Assembly (NCBI GenBank): GCA_030616775.1
Contig: JAUWWQ010000006.1
Location: 76,965-108,964 of the forward strand
Source of the DNA: Planctomycetota bacterium
Lineage (GTDB): Bacteria > Planctomycetota > Phycisphaerae > UBA1845
Direction of reading: 5' to 3'
Length of the DNA stretch: 32,000 nt
This document shows positions 15,566 through 24,344 of this stretch, piece after piece. The notes under the pieces are model-generated. The model worked only from the letters and a program-made list of their open reading frames with translations. It made no database searches and was not told the origin of the DNA. The position numbers were made by a program, and so were the translations under genes. Numbering within the stretch: the first letter of the stretch is position 1; every line of letters begins with the position of its first letter.

Positions 15566-17989
15566 TCAGGCGGACGTTGCGTCTGCACTGACCCTTTTGA
15601 AGATAAACGCCAACAGGTCATCGACCAGCGCGCCGTAGGAGTAATCATTCACCACCGCCCCTCGCATCGACTCGGCGATCCGGCTACGCCTTTCGCTATC
15701 CGAAAGAAACCGCTCAGCGAGCTGAGCAAACTGGTCGGCTGACGCGAATGATACGTCCCCGTACTCGCCGAATACGGCCCCCGCAGCCCGCCGGTAGTTC
15801 ATGGCCTCCATCTCCTCGTACTTGGCACCCCCTCCCGGCGGCAGCCGGATCCGGTCAAACCTGCGATCCTGTCCGCGTAACCGACATAGCTCCTCGATTG
15901 CCTCGATCAACTCCGGAATGTCGTTGGCGTCATACTCCACACCCACGACCGGATTGTATTTACGAAGAGCAGCCAGATACCGCTTGGCCGGTTCATGGAT
16001 CATGTCAGCCGGCGTGTAGCGGATAAGGAAGAACCCACCTGCTGCCAGGCCGTCGAGCAGCCGCTGGTGAACGGCCCCGGTGCCGATGATCTGCAGGTTG
16101 ATGGTGCTGGCCTGGTAGATGGCTCGCAGCTCCGGCCCGTTGCGGGCAAATCCTCGGGCATATCGTCCGAAGCGCGGGTGTGCGTCCCATCCATTGCCGT
16201 ATAGATGCAACACCCGTGCAGTACGATCACAGAAATCCGCAACCCACTCCAGCGTACTCTGGCGGAACATCAACTCAGCCAGCGGATAGAGGTAGGAATG
16301 CAAAAGGGCACGGTCGGTCTCGGTTGAGGCAGGTACCAGCCCGGTCTGCTCTTTCACCTGTTCCAGAAGGTGCGGGGCCGCAGCGTATGCCGGACGCGGT
16401 GCTTCAGCGAACAAACCCGGCAGGGCATCGAAAAGATAGTCTAAAAGCTGCAACGCCGCCGGATCATTGGCGAACCATTGTCGACGCTCCTCGTGAAACT
16501 TCTGTGGCAAGGTGGAGTGACTGCTGACGTAGGACACGTCGCAACGATAGAGGGCAAGCTCATCCTCGGACATCGACTGGTTGCTGTACGTCCGATCGTC
16601 TGTTGCCATCATCCAGGCCAGGCCCTGCGAGGCCGGGTAAGCGTATTGGTGTATGAATGCCGAAGGCTCTCTTGCGATGTAGAAATCCAGCCCGCCCAGT
16701 GAACGGCCGGCGTCAGCGCTTGCCAGATGAGGCAATAAATCCTGAATCCAACATACCAGGGGTACATTCGCCGGAATGGCGGATCCATACTCGCGGCGAA
16801 GATGGTCAATGATCGTGATCAAATCGGGCTTGAACTCATCGATCACTTCGCTGATGCGGGAGCGGGGAAGCAGGTCATGGTCGTTTTCTTCTATAATTAT
16901 TCGAAACTCATGACCGCGATCCTTGAACGCCGCCCCCCAGTCGCGCATCGAATACTGAAGATAGGTGGTGAAGCGGCTGGTGAGGCCCAACACACGCAGT
17001 CGTTTCTTTCGATCCGGCTCAAAACGCTGTTTCCACTGAGGTGGCGGTAGTAGAGCGTAATAGCGATGAACGGCTTCCCGCCTCTCGCGGTCCTTCTGTT
17101 CAAGTGCGGCGGCCCGGGGCTGAAGCGCTTCATACGCCTGATTGCACAGTGCCTCTCCAGAAGAGGTCAACCGGACCGCAAACTCCGGAGCCGGCAGACC
17201 GGGGCGCTGCTCAAAGTAAGCCACGAGTCGATCAATACAATTCGTACCGACGAAAACATCGGTGCGTTCGTGACAAAGCCGCTCTATCGAGTCAGATACG
17301 TATAGGATAATGCCGAACGCCGCGACGTCCGCCTCGATCACGTAGATGCGGGGACTGAACGTCAGGAACATCTTCTGTGTCGCGCCGAACACCTTGTTAA
17401 ACAACGCACCGAACCGGTCCCCCGCAACCAGGTATGGGCCGCAAAACAGCGCCTTGGGATTGTGAGGCAACTTCGCGCTCACCAGTACGCGGTTCACATC
17501 GCTAAGATCGGGCAGCCAGCGTCGCCGGCCATCCGGGGAGCGCGTCGCGATCTGAAAGTTCCCGTCGGACGTGCGGTAGAGTTCATACTCCCGGGGGATG
17601 CTCCGAAACACCGCATCGTGTCCACGCATCTTTGGGAACCTTTCGTACAGCCGTGCTATGTTGGATTCGAATTGGGTCTGGAGTGAACCCCACGCAACGC
17701 GTCCGGATCGTGCCCGGGCGATCGTCTCGCGCAGAGCCTGGATCTCGGGTTGGGAAAGGAACTCGCTACTTGTGCTGCGGAGCAGATCTCGGGCCGGGCC
17801 AATCAGCCCAAGGGCAATATACGACCGGCATACCTGCAACGTGAGTGCTGCATCATCCGCACCGGCCTCGAGGTGGCCCAGCGCGGCGTTCAGAAAGGCG
17901 TAGTGGTCGCCCTGCTCGGGCTGCCCATCTAGCTCCCTGAGCGTGCCTGAGCTCTTAGATTGGGCCGTAGACTGACTTTGCCCCATCAT
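15566..17989 (-). CDS. Large putative glycosyltransferase fusion: helical/TPR-like N-terminus, Maf (DUF115)-like segment, CgeB/DUF3880-type GT1-like C-terminus
   Basis: The C-terminus (LHLYGNGWD...STINLQIIGTGAVHQRLLDGLAAGGFFLIRY) resembles CgeB-type Glyco_trans_1_2. The middle (RVLGLTSRFTTYLQYSMRDWGAAFKDRGHEFRII...FKPDLITI) resembles DUF3880. The N-terminal FESNIARLYERFPKM...YELYRTSDGNFQI...IYVIEAD pattern resembles Maf-family proteins. I moved the start to ATG 17989 (MMGQSQ...) because the first 50 codons of the 18139 ORF translate the hairpin repeat module. Confidence 0.65.
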   Translation of the reverse strand: MMGQSQSTAQSKSSGTLRELDGQPEQGDHYAFLNAALGHLEAGADDAALTLQVCRSYIALGLIGPARDLLRSTSSEFLSQPEIQALRETIARARSGRVAWGSLQTQFESNIARLYERFPKMRGHDAVFRSIPREYELYRTSDGNFQIATRSPDGRRRWLPDLSDVNRVLVSAKLPHNPKALFCGPYLVAGDRFGALFNKVFGATQKMFLTFSPRIYVIEADVAAFGIILYVSDSIERLCHERTDVFVGTNCIDRLVAYFEQRPGLPAPEFAVRLTSSGEALCNQAYEALQPRAAALEQKDRERREAVHRYYALLPPPQWKQRFEPDRKKRLRVLGLTSRFTTYLQYSMRDWGAAFKDRGHEFRIIIEENDHDLLPRSRISEVIDEFKPDLITIIDHLRREYGSAIPANVPLVCWIQDLLPHLASADAGRSLGGLDFYIAREPSAFIHQYAYPASQGLAWMMATDDRTYSNQSMSEDELALYRCDVSYVSSHSTLPQKFHEERRQWFANDPAALQLLDYLFDALPGLFAEAPRPAYAAAPHLLEQVKEQTGLVPASTETDRALLHSYLYPLAELMFRQSTLEWVADFCDRTARVLHLYGNGWDAHPRFGRYARGFARNGPELRAIYQASTINLQIIGTGAVHQRLLDGLAAGGFFLIRYTPADMIHEPAKRYLAALRKYNPVVGVEYDANDIPELIEAIEELCRLRGQDRRFDRIRLPPGGGAKYEEMEAMNYRRAAGAVFGEYGDVSFASADQFAQLAERFLSDSERRSRIAESMRGAVVNDYSYGALVDDLLAFIFKRVSADATSA

Positions 17990-18106
17990 CTGTCGTCGCT
18001 GTAGGTGCCGGGTACCAGAGGATAATTCACTCCGTTTATCAGGTGTTCGGTGGCATGCCCAAGCCCGTCGAAGACGGGCGCCGGCATGTTGTACGCTGCC
18101 TTTGCT

Positions 18107-18181
18107 GAACCGAGAATCCCTTCTCGGTCCACTTGGCAATGGACGGTGCGAGAAAGGATTCTCGCACCAGCGACCATCCCT
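18107..18181 (-). repeat. Double-hairpin intergenic module, copy B
   Basis: Hairpin 1 is ACCGAGAA-tccc-TTCTCGGT (18109-18128). Hairpin 2 is GGTGCGAGAA-agga-TTCTCGCACC (18145-18168, perfect 10-bp stem). It starts 39 nt after the stop of the TSP3 gene at 18208. CCGAGAATCCCTTCTCGGTCC is identical to copy A. Confidence 0.8.
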
Positions 18182-18207
18182 TTCGTATTTACTCTGACTG
18201 CGCTGGG

Positions 18208-20646
18208 CTACCCGGGGGCAACGATCTCGATGGTATCCGAAGCCTCCGCCAGCAAGCCGGCAGTCCCGAAGATCTGCACGGTAATTTGTATGGTCACCCC
18301 CACACCGGAATTGGCCGTCATGACACCGGTATCCTGGTTGACCGTCACCTCAACGCCCTCCGGTAGTTGACCGTTATCTTCAGCGGCCGGGAAGAACAAC
18401 ACTTCCCGATCGGCGGGCGCCCCAGTAATCGTCAGAATCGGTTGCCCCGTCTCAAGATTGTCGTCGTCGTCCAAATCCAGCGCCCCAGCCTCACCCACGG
18501 TAATTGTGCTCGGCAGGTTGAACACCACGTCAGCGACCTGAACCGGCACCGTGACGGACCCGGTGAGTGTGCCAAGCGAACAGCCCCCAGTGATTGTCAC
18601 AGTGAACTCCAGATCGGTGGTCTCAGTCACGTTGGGCGCCGTGAAGGTGACGCCACCAAGCCCTTCGGGGGTCAGTGGTGTGACCGCTGGGAGGTTACCT
18701 TCATTCTGCTCCCATTCGGCCGGGTCGAGCCAGTCGGTTGGCACCGCGTCACCAAGGCTGAGCGTCACGGTGTCTCCAGGACCGGCCGCACCGCTGCTTT
18801 TCGTCGCTACTTGCTCGGCCTCCGTGAAGTCACGAAGTATGAAACCAACGGTGCGCACTCCATTTGAGTACCCGGTCGCCGAAGCGGTGGCTGTGAACGA
18901 GAAGATCTGATCGCCCTGGTCCGGCTCGATCGGTGACGTGAAGGTGGCAACATTCGCGCTCGAAGTAAAGTTCTCGACGCGATCGGTGTCTCCGGACCAC
19001 GTGATCGAGGCACTGCTGGTGATGTCGGCACCGCTGGGGCTGGTCACAATAACGGTTAGAGTGATCTCTTCGCACGGGAACGTGAACCCACTGCCGGGCT
19101 GAATCGTGACCTCGACGGGGTCAGGCGGAGGAGGAGGGCCTCCGTTATCCTCGCAGGCGTCGCCCACGCCATCATCGTCGGTGTCAGCCTGACCGGGATT
19201 GGAGTCGTTTGGGCAGTTATCGCAGACGTCACCGTAACCATCGTCGTCGGTATCCTTCTGGTTGGCATTGGCCTTGTTGAGGCAGTTATCGCAGTCATCG
19301 CCAACATCATCCTTGTCGTTGTCATCCTGATCCGTGTTGGTGTCATCAGGGCAGTTGTCGCAGGCGTCGCCGTACTGGTCGGCATCGGAGTTTTCCTGAT
19401 CCATGCTGCAAAGGCCGTCCGCACTTCCCGAGGCAGTGTCACACTCTTCGTCCGTAAGGCACAGTCCGCTTTCACCCTCCACGCACGTGCCGCGATCGGG
19501 ACCGTTGGGCATTCCCGGGCAGTTGTCGTCATCGTCGATGACCCCATCGCTGTCCTGGTCGTCCTCGCACGCGTCACCAATTTCGTCCTGGTCAGTGTCG
19601 TGCTGATCCTGGTTGGTCAAAAAGGGGCAGTTATCGCACACATTGCCGAAGCTGTCGTCGTCTGAATTGAGCTGATTGTTCGGCCCGGCCGTCGGACCGT
19701 TGGGATCATCCGGGCAGTTGTCACAAACGTTACCGACCCCGTCTCCATCCGTCTCCAGTTGGTTATTTGGACCGGCGTCCGGCCCATTTTCGTCGTCCGG
19801 GCAGTTGTCACACACGTCGCCAACACCATCCTCGTCTCTGTCATCCTGATCCGGATTCTTGTCATCTAAGCAGTTGTCCTCCTCGTCGGGCCAGCCGTCA
19901 CCATCGCGGTCGCCCTCGCAAGCGTCACCGACACCGTTCCCGTCGCTATCCAGTTGGTCTTCATTGGGATCATTCTCACAGTTGTCACAGGCGTCGCCGA
20001 CGCCATCCTCATCGGCATCGTCCTGATCGGCGTTGGCCCTAGTGCCGCAGTTGTCGCAGGCGTCACCGACGGCGTCTCCGTCGGCATCGGTTTGGCTGCT
20101 GTTGGGGTCGTCGGTACAATTGTCGCAGACATCGCCCACACCATCGCCGTCGGCATCAGCCTGATCGGGATTGGCAACGTTGCGGCAGTTGTCAGTGACG
20201 TTTCCGACCTCGTCGCCGTCGGCGTCACCCTGACCGGGGTTGGGCTCTGTCGGGCTGTTGTCACACACATCGCCGAAAGCATCACCGTCCCGGTCGCACT
20301 GCTCGCCGACACCCTCACCGGCGTCGGTGGTGTCCCCGTCATCGTTGCAGTCGAATGGCGAGTCGTGCGCCGCATTGGAATCATCGGGGCAGTTGTCGCA
20401 AGCATCGCCCACCCCGTCATCGTCGGCATCCGCCTGATCCGGATTGGCGTCGTCCGGGCAATTGTCGACTGCGTTGATGATGCCATCGTTGTCATCATCG
20501 CCCAGGCCGGCCCCTCCACCGGGTCCAATGCGACAGCCGCCGCCGAGGTTCCCACAACCGATCATCACACACAACGCCGCCGCGGAGCAGATCCCCAGCA
20601 GACGAAACAGCATGCCACCACCACCAAATCTGTTCTCAAGACTCAT
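18208..20646 (-). CDS. Secreted, probably lipidated, thrombospondin type 3 repeat calcium-binding protein with a C-terminal beta-rich (Ig-like) region
   Basis: By my count there are about 15 repeats of the type DNCPDDxNPDQxDxDxDGxGDxC. The signal/lipobox-like N-terminus is MSLENRFGGGGMLFRLLGICSAAALCVMIGC. I chose ATG 20646 because GAGGTG lies 4 nt upstream. The TTG at 20664 and the ATG at 20613 are alternatives. Confidence 0.85.
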   Translation of the reverse strand: MSLENRFGGGGMLFRLLGICSAAALCVMIGCGNLGGGCRIGPGGGAGLGDDDNDGIINAVDNCPDDANPDQADADDDGVGDACDNCPDDSNAAHDSPFDCNDDGDTTDAGEGVGEQCDRDGDAFGDVCDNSPTEPNPGQGDADGDEVGNVTDNCRNVANPDQADADGDGVGDVCDNCTDDPNSSQTDADGDAVGDACDNCGTRANADQDDADEDGVGDACDNCENDPNEDQLDSDGNGVGDACEGDRDGDGWPDEEDNCLDDKNPDQDDRDEDGVGDVCDNCPDDENGPDAGPNNQLETDGDGVGNVCDNCPDDPNGPTAGPNNQLNSDDDSFGNVCDNCPFLTNQDQHDTDQDEIGDACEDDQDSDGVIDDDDNCPGMPNGPDRGTCVEGESGLCLTDEECDTASGSADGLCSMDQENSDADQYGDACDNCPDDTNTDQDDNDKDDVGDDCDNCLNKANANQKDTDDDGYGDVCDNCPNDSNPGQADTDDDGVGDACEDNGGPPPPPDPVEVTIQPGSGFTFPCEEITLTVIVTSPSGADITSSASITWSGDTDRVENFTSSANVATFTSPIEPDQGDQIFSFTATASATGYSNGVRTVGFILRDFTEAEQVATKSSGAAGPGDTVTLSLGDAVPTDWLDPAEWEQNEGNLPAVTPLTPEGLGGVTFTAPNVTETTDLEFTVTITGGCSLGTLTGSVTVPVQVADVVFNLPSTITVGEAGALDLDDDDNLETGQPILTITGAPADREVLFFPAAEDNGQLPEGVEVTVNQDTGVMTANSGVGVTIQITVQIFGTAGLLAEASDTIEIVAPG

Positions 20647-21358
20647 GTTGCACCTCAAAACCAAGATGTTCCGCTCGGAACGTTATTCAAACCACGGAGC
20701 CCGCCCCAACCGTACGCCACAGACCTCGACCAACCGCTTACAGCAATATAGCAACCGGACTCGCCCGGAACAGGTGGAGCGCAACGTCCGATCTGGTCAC
20801 CAACAGCCGCAACCTTGCGCATACTCATCGCGCACCTGCTACACCACCACCACCGGCATGGCAGCGGACAGGACAGTGCCGCGTGCTGCGTTTATCGGCC
20901 ACCATTGACCTCGACCTACGCATGTTATTCCGCAGTTGACCCCCTTGCGCAGTGCCCCAGTATCGTAGCCGGCCAACTTCGAGAGAAGCCACAGAGCAGC
21001 ATTCTGGTTGGCCAGCCGACCTGCGGCAAGGGGACATACGACCGCAGTAGCATGGCATAGGTCAGGTCCGGCAACCCAGGAAGTACATTGTCGCTTTATC
21101 AAGTCGATCGGCCCCAGCAGTCACCCGCGTGGAGGAAGTCGCTCGGGGCTTACCGTGAGCGTTACCACTTGGCAGCACGCTGTCGCTGTCAGTATATTCT
21201 TCGATGAACGCCGGTCCGGCTTACTAGCGTGGCAACACGGTGCAACAGGACTCCGCCGACTGTTATCGTGGAGACGCACCGCCCCATCACGCGCCCAAAA
21301 GACAAGGGGACGCCGCGACGACCCTTCGTCCGGGAGATCACGGTCTTACGGGCAGCGT

Positions 21359-22036
21359 TTACTCCTCGCGCTGCTTGAGTGGAAACAGCTCGTGTAAACC
21401 TTTGTCTTTCCGCTCTTCGTAGTTGAACGACTCGAAAGTCGGGCTCTTCTCGTTGTGGCATCCGGTGCAGGCGGATTCCTCAATCTTGGTCAGGCCGACC
21501 GCATAAACTTCCTCGACCTTGTACATTCTCTTGGACTTCTTGATCTCTTCGAAGACCTTGATGTAGGCGCTACCCGGCCCATGGCAGGACTCGCATCCGA
21601 CGCCCTCTAATTTCTTGGCCTTCTTGACGGCTGCCTCATCGGCGGCGTCGGGGACGAAGTATCCGCCGGGCTGGCCGTAGCCCGTGCTGTGACACGCCAG
21701 GCATCCTTCGTCCTTGGTGTAGTCCTTGGCCGGATCGAGGCTGTGCTTCTGCTTGGCCTCGCTGGCCTGGCCCGGCTTGAGGGGTTCAAAAGTTTTGGCC
21801 TTCGCTGTCTCCTTCCAGCTCTTGTACTCTTTGTTGTGACACTTCCTGCACTTCTTGTTGCCCACATACTCGTACTTGGTCTCACCCTCACCGGATAGAG
21901 CCGGCAAGGCCGTCGCCGCCGCGGCTACGTCCGACTCATCGCCGGCAACAGCTGGTGAGACGAGATCCACCTGCCAGTACGTCAAGCCTACGCCGACCGC
22001 CACAAGCCCCATGAAGATCGTCAATCGAGTTTTCAT
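21359..22036 (-). CDS. Tetrahaem c-type cytochrome, secreted or membrane-anchored
   Basis: 225-aa ORF with an N-terminal hydrophobic segment (MKTRLTIFMGLVAVGVGLTYW) and four CxxCH motifs (CRKCH, CLACH, CESCH, CTGCH). Confidence 0.85.
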   Translation of the reverse strand: MKTRLTIFMGLVAVGVGLTYWQVDLVSPAVAGDESDVAAAATALPALSGEGETKYEYVGNKKCRKCHNKEYKSWKETAKAKTFEPLKPGQASEAKQKHSLDPAKDYTKDEGCLACHSTGYGQPGGYFVPDAADEAAVKKAKKLEGVGCESCHGPGSAYIKVFEEIKKSKRMYKVEEVYAVGLTKIEESACTGCHNEKSPTFESFNYEERKDKGLHELFPLKQREE

Positions 22037-22427
22037 AGCGTTATCCTTAGCAAATCAGGAAACGGAACCGACAACCCAGCGATACGCCCCGCGGGCTTTG
22101 GGCATAATACGGACTCTGGCCAATGATTGCAATTGGAATTTGGCGAGGTGAATACTCAAGCAGATACGGAACACTGCGCAACCTCCTCCGATAGTGCGTG
22201 GTGGTGCGATGAGGTGGACGGAGCCAACGTCAAGCGGAGGAGGCCCGTCGTTCTCCGCGGCGCCCGGATTCGTGAAACACCACATGGGGTCAGATCCTTG
22301 CGTGCCGAGATCGGTAAGGTAGGCTAGGGAGGTACTTGAACGGTCATGACGCCGCTCAAGTGCGGTCTACGAGACGAAACGGGCCCGGGATCCTATTCCT
22401 CTAAGAGGTGAGGCTGACCTCATTCGC

Positions 22428-23837
22428 TTGGCGATTATCCAGCAGATCATCAAGACCGTGGCTGCGACGGCGCTACTGTCGCACCTCTGCTGGGCGGCAG
22501 GGGAAGAGGTCACCTGTACGACGTGCCACACGCCCGAGGCGGATCAGCTCGCCCAGTCGGTCCATGTTGCAATTCGATGCCAGGAGTGCCACAAGGGCGA
22601 GACCTCGTATCTGCTGTCGGTTGAAGAGGCCAATAGGCACACACAAGTCCGTCCGGGCGGTGGGCCAAGGCCAGCGTTTGACCACGGTCCGGTGTTCACG
22701 GGGAAGCCGTCCCGCGCGGAAGTGCCTCAACGCTGCGGGGGGTGCCACGCGGACGTTGAACGGATGAACCCCTACGGGTTGCGTACTGATCAGCTTTCGC
22801 GGTACTGGACAAGCAATCACGGCAAGACGCTCGCGAACAAAGGGGACGACCGCGTTGCGGTGTGTGTGGATTGCCATGGAGAGCACGACGTTCTTCCCGG
22901 TCACGAACCGGGCAGCAAGACCCATACCTTGAATGTTCCGGAGACCTGCGCGAGCTGCCATAGCGATCGAGCGCTTATGGCTGAGTTCGATCTGTCGATC
23001 GAAGTGGTCGAGGAATACCGACAAAGCGTACACGGCCGGCTGCTCGAGCAGCAGGACACTGGCGCCCCGACCTGTGCCGCCTGTCACGGGAATCATTCGG
23101 CCATGCCGCCGGGGTTCGCGACGGTAGGGGCGGTGTGTGGCAAGTGTCACCAGCATGCCGCGGACAGCTTTGCAGCCAGCGCCCACGCCGGTATGGAAGA
23201 CCACAAGGGCTGCGTGCAGTGTCACGGTGGGGGAGAGGGCCGGCATTTCCATCTCATCGAAAGGATAACCAAGCCCAGCGGAGTGTTGATAGAGCGGTAC
23301 GCCCACCTGCTTGCGTCCGACCCGGTGCCCGACTCGGAGCAGGTTGCCGAAGCGATCCACCCCAACCCGAAGCAGATCATGACACGAGCTATGCCGCTAT
23401 GCATGGAGTGCCATGACGAGATCGAGGAGGACGAGAGTCTCGCCAAGTTGTTCGACTTACTCGATGCCATCGCTCAAGCCGAGGGCCGCTACGTCCAGAC
23501 GGGGCGGCGGCTGGATGAGATCGGACAGGGGGTGCTGTTGGTTGATCGTCAACGCTTCCTGTTCGAAGACGCCAAGACACACTTGATCGAGCTCGCTCCG
23601 CTGCAACACTCCTTGGACAACCAACAAGTGGCGGGGAAGGTGGCCGAGTTGAACGCGGTCTGCGACCAGGTTAGCGCGGAGCTGGATAATCTGGAGCGTG
23701 GACTGCGCTGGCGGCGTAACGCCCTGACTCCCATTTGGGTGTTTGCAACGGTGTTCGCTGTGGCTCTGTACATCAAGTTCAAGCGGCTCAAGCGTACTTA
23801 TGTGAGGCCGTTGCCGAAAGGACACGCCGGGCGTTGA
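22428..23837 (+). CDS. Nine-haem c-type cytochrome with a C-terminal transmembrane anchor
   Basis: 469-aa ORF with nine CxxCH motifs (CTTCH, CQECH, CGGCH, CVDCH, CASCH, CAACH, CGKCH, CVQCH, CMECH), a signal-like N-terminus, a helical C-terminal stalk and a TM helix LTPIWVFATVFAVALYIKF. TTG start with AAGAGGTGAGG upstream. Confidence 0.85.
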   Translation: MAIIQQIIKTVAATALLSHLCWAAGEEVTCTTCHTPEADQLAQSVHVAIRCQECHKGETSYLLSVEEANRHTQVRPGGGPRPAFDHGPVFTGKPSRAEVPQRCGGCHADVERMNPYGLRTDQLSRYWTSNHGKTLANKGDDRVAVCVDCHGEHDVLPGHEPGSKTHTLNVPETCASCHSDRALMAEFDLSIEVVEEYRQSVHGRLLEQQDTGAPTCAACHGNHSAMPPGFATVGAVCGKCHQHAADSFAASAHAGMEDHKGCVQCHGGGEGRHFHLIERITKPSGVLIERYAHLLASDPVPDSEQVAEAIHPNPKQIMTRAMPLCMECHDEIEEDESLAKLFDLLDAIAQAEGRYVQTGRRLDEIGQGVLLVDRQRFLFEDAKTHLIELAPLQHSLDNQQVAGKVAELNAVCDQVSAELDNLERGLRWRRNALTPIWVFATVFAVALYIKFKRLKRTYVRPLPKGHAGR

Positions 23838-23839
23838 GG

Positions 23840-24277
23840 ATGATGGACATAAGCGAGCCTTCAACACGACGAGGTTTTCTCGACTGGCTTATCGCCGCAT
23901 GCTCAAGTGTCGCCGGTGCGGCGTTGGTCATACCGGGACTCGTATACCTGTGGCCCGCGGCGAAGGGCGGCGCTGCGGAGAATGTGGAAGTTGAAGGCGC
24001 CAGCGACATGTCGCCCGGGCAGGCCAGGACCATACAGATCGCTGGAAAAGCGGTGATCGTGGTGCGCAAGCGGTCGGAGTACAGGGCCTTTTTGGCAGCG
24101 TGTACCCACCTGGGCTGCCTGGTGACCTGGGATTCCTCGCGCAACGAATTCCTGTGTCCGTGTCATGCTGCCGTGTTTGACGAGAACGGTGAAGTTGTTT
24201 CCGGCCCGCCGCCATCGCCTCTGCCCCGGTACCAGATTAAAGAGGTAGGCGGCAAGGTGTACGTCTCGGCGGCATAG
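23840..24277 (+). CDS. Rieske [2Fe-2S] subunit of a cytochrome bc-type complex, TAT-exported
   Basis: It has the twin-arginine signal STRRGFLDW followed by a hydrophobic helix, and the Rieske boxes CTHLGC and CPCH. I placed the start at ATG 23840/23843, 2 nt after the stop of the cytochrome gene and preceded by GAGGA, not at 23735. Confidence 0.9.
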   Translation: MMDISEPSTRRGFLDWLIAACSSVAGAALVIPGLVYLWPAAKGGAAENVEVEGASDMSPGQARTIQIAGKAVIVVRKRSEYRAFLAACTHLGCLVTWDSSRNEFLCPCHAAVFDENGEVVSGPPPSPLPRYQIKEVGGKVYVSAA

Positions 24278-24344
24278 CGATCGCAGCCTGGTTCCTGGTG
24301 CTATTGCTTGGCGGGTGTGACGTTGGGCTGATAGAAGTAGAGGA

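Noticed and set aside
17990-18139. N-terminal 50 codons of the 857-aa ORF-track prediction (MPSGPRRDSRFSKGS...)
   Set aside because: This segment translates the double-hairpin repeat module. The same PRRDSR string appears in the spurious ORFs at copy A. The ATG pair at 17989/17986 gives a more plausible start.
19056-20751. Long alternative-frame and antisense ORFs (174, 229 and 265 aa and others) inside the TSP3-repeat gene
   Set aside because: They are artefacts of the GAY/GGN/TGY codon periodicity of the Asp-rich repeats. Their translations are monotonous T/M/R/P or V/G/I strings, whereas the minus-strand 818-aa frame has clear TSP3 motifs.
21055-21095. SRP (4.5S) RNA-like motif: AGGTCAGGTCCGG, identical to the 5' side of E. 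coli domain IV, followed by AGGAAG
   Set aside because: The GGAA tetraloop is replaced by GGCAACCCA. The 3' strand cannot pair back with GGU (CAU/AUU follows the loop). The flanks do not form the long helix 5 hairpin. It is probably a chance match in GC-rich DNA, and cmsearch with RF00169 would settle the question.
22473-23360. 295-aa ORF antisense to the nonahaem cytochrome gene. Similar antisense ORFs occur at 25758-26396, 13630-14211 and 24612-25190.
   Set aside because: Each lies entirely within a gene that has strong motif support on the other strand. Their Arg/Gly/Pro-rich composition is typical of antisense frames in GC-rich DNA.
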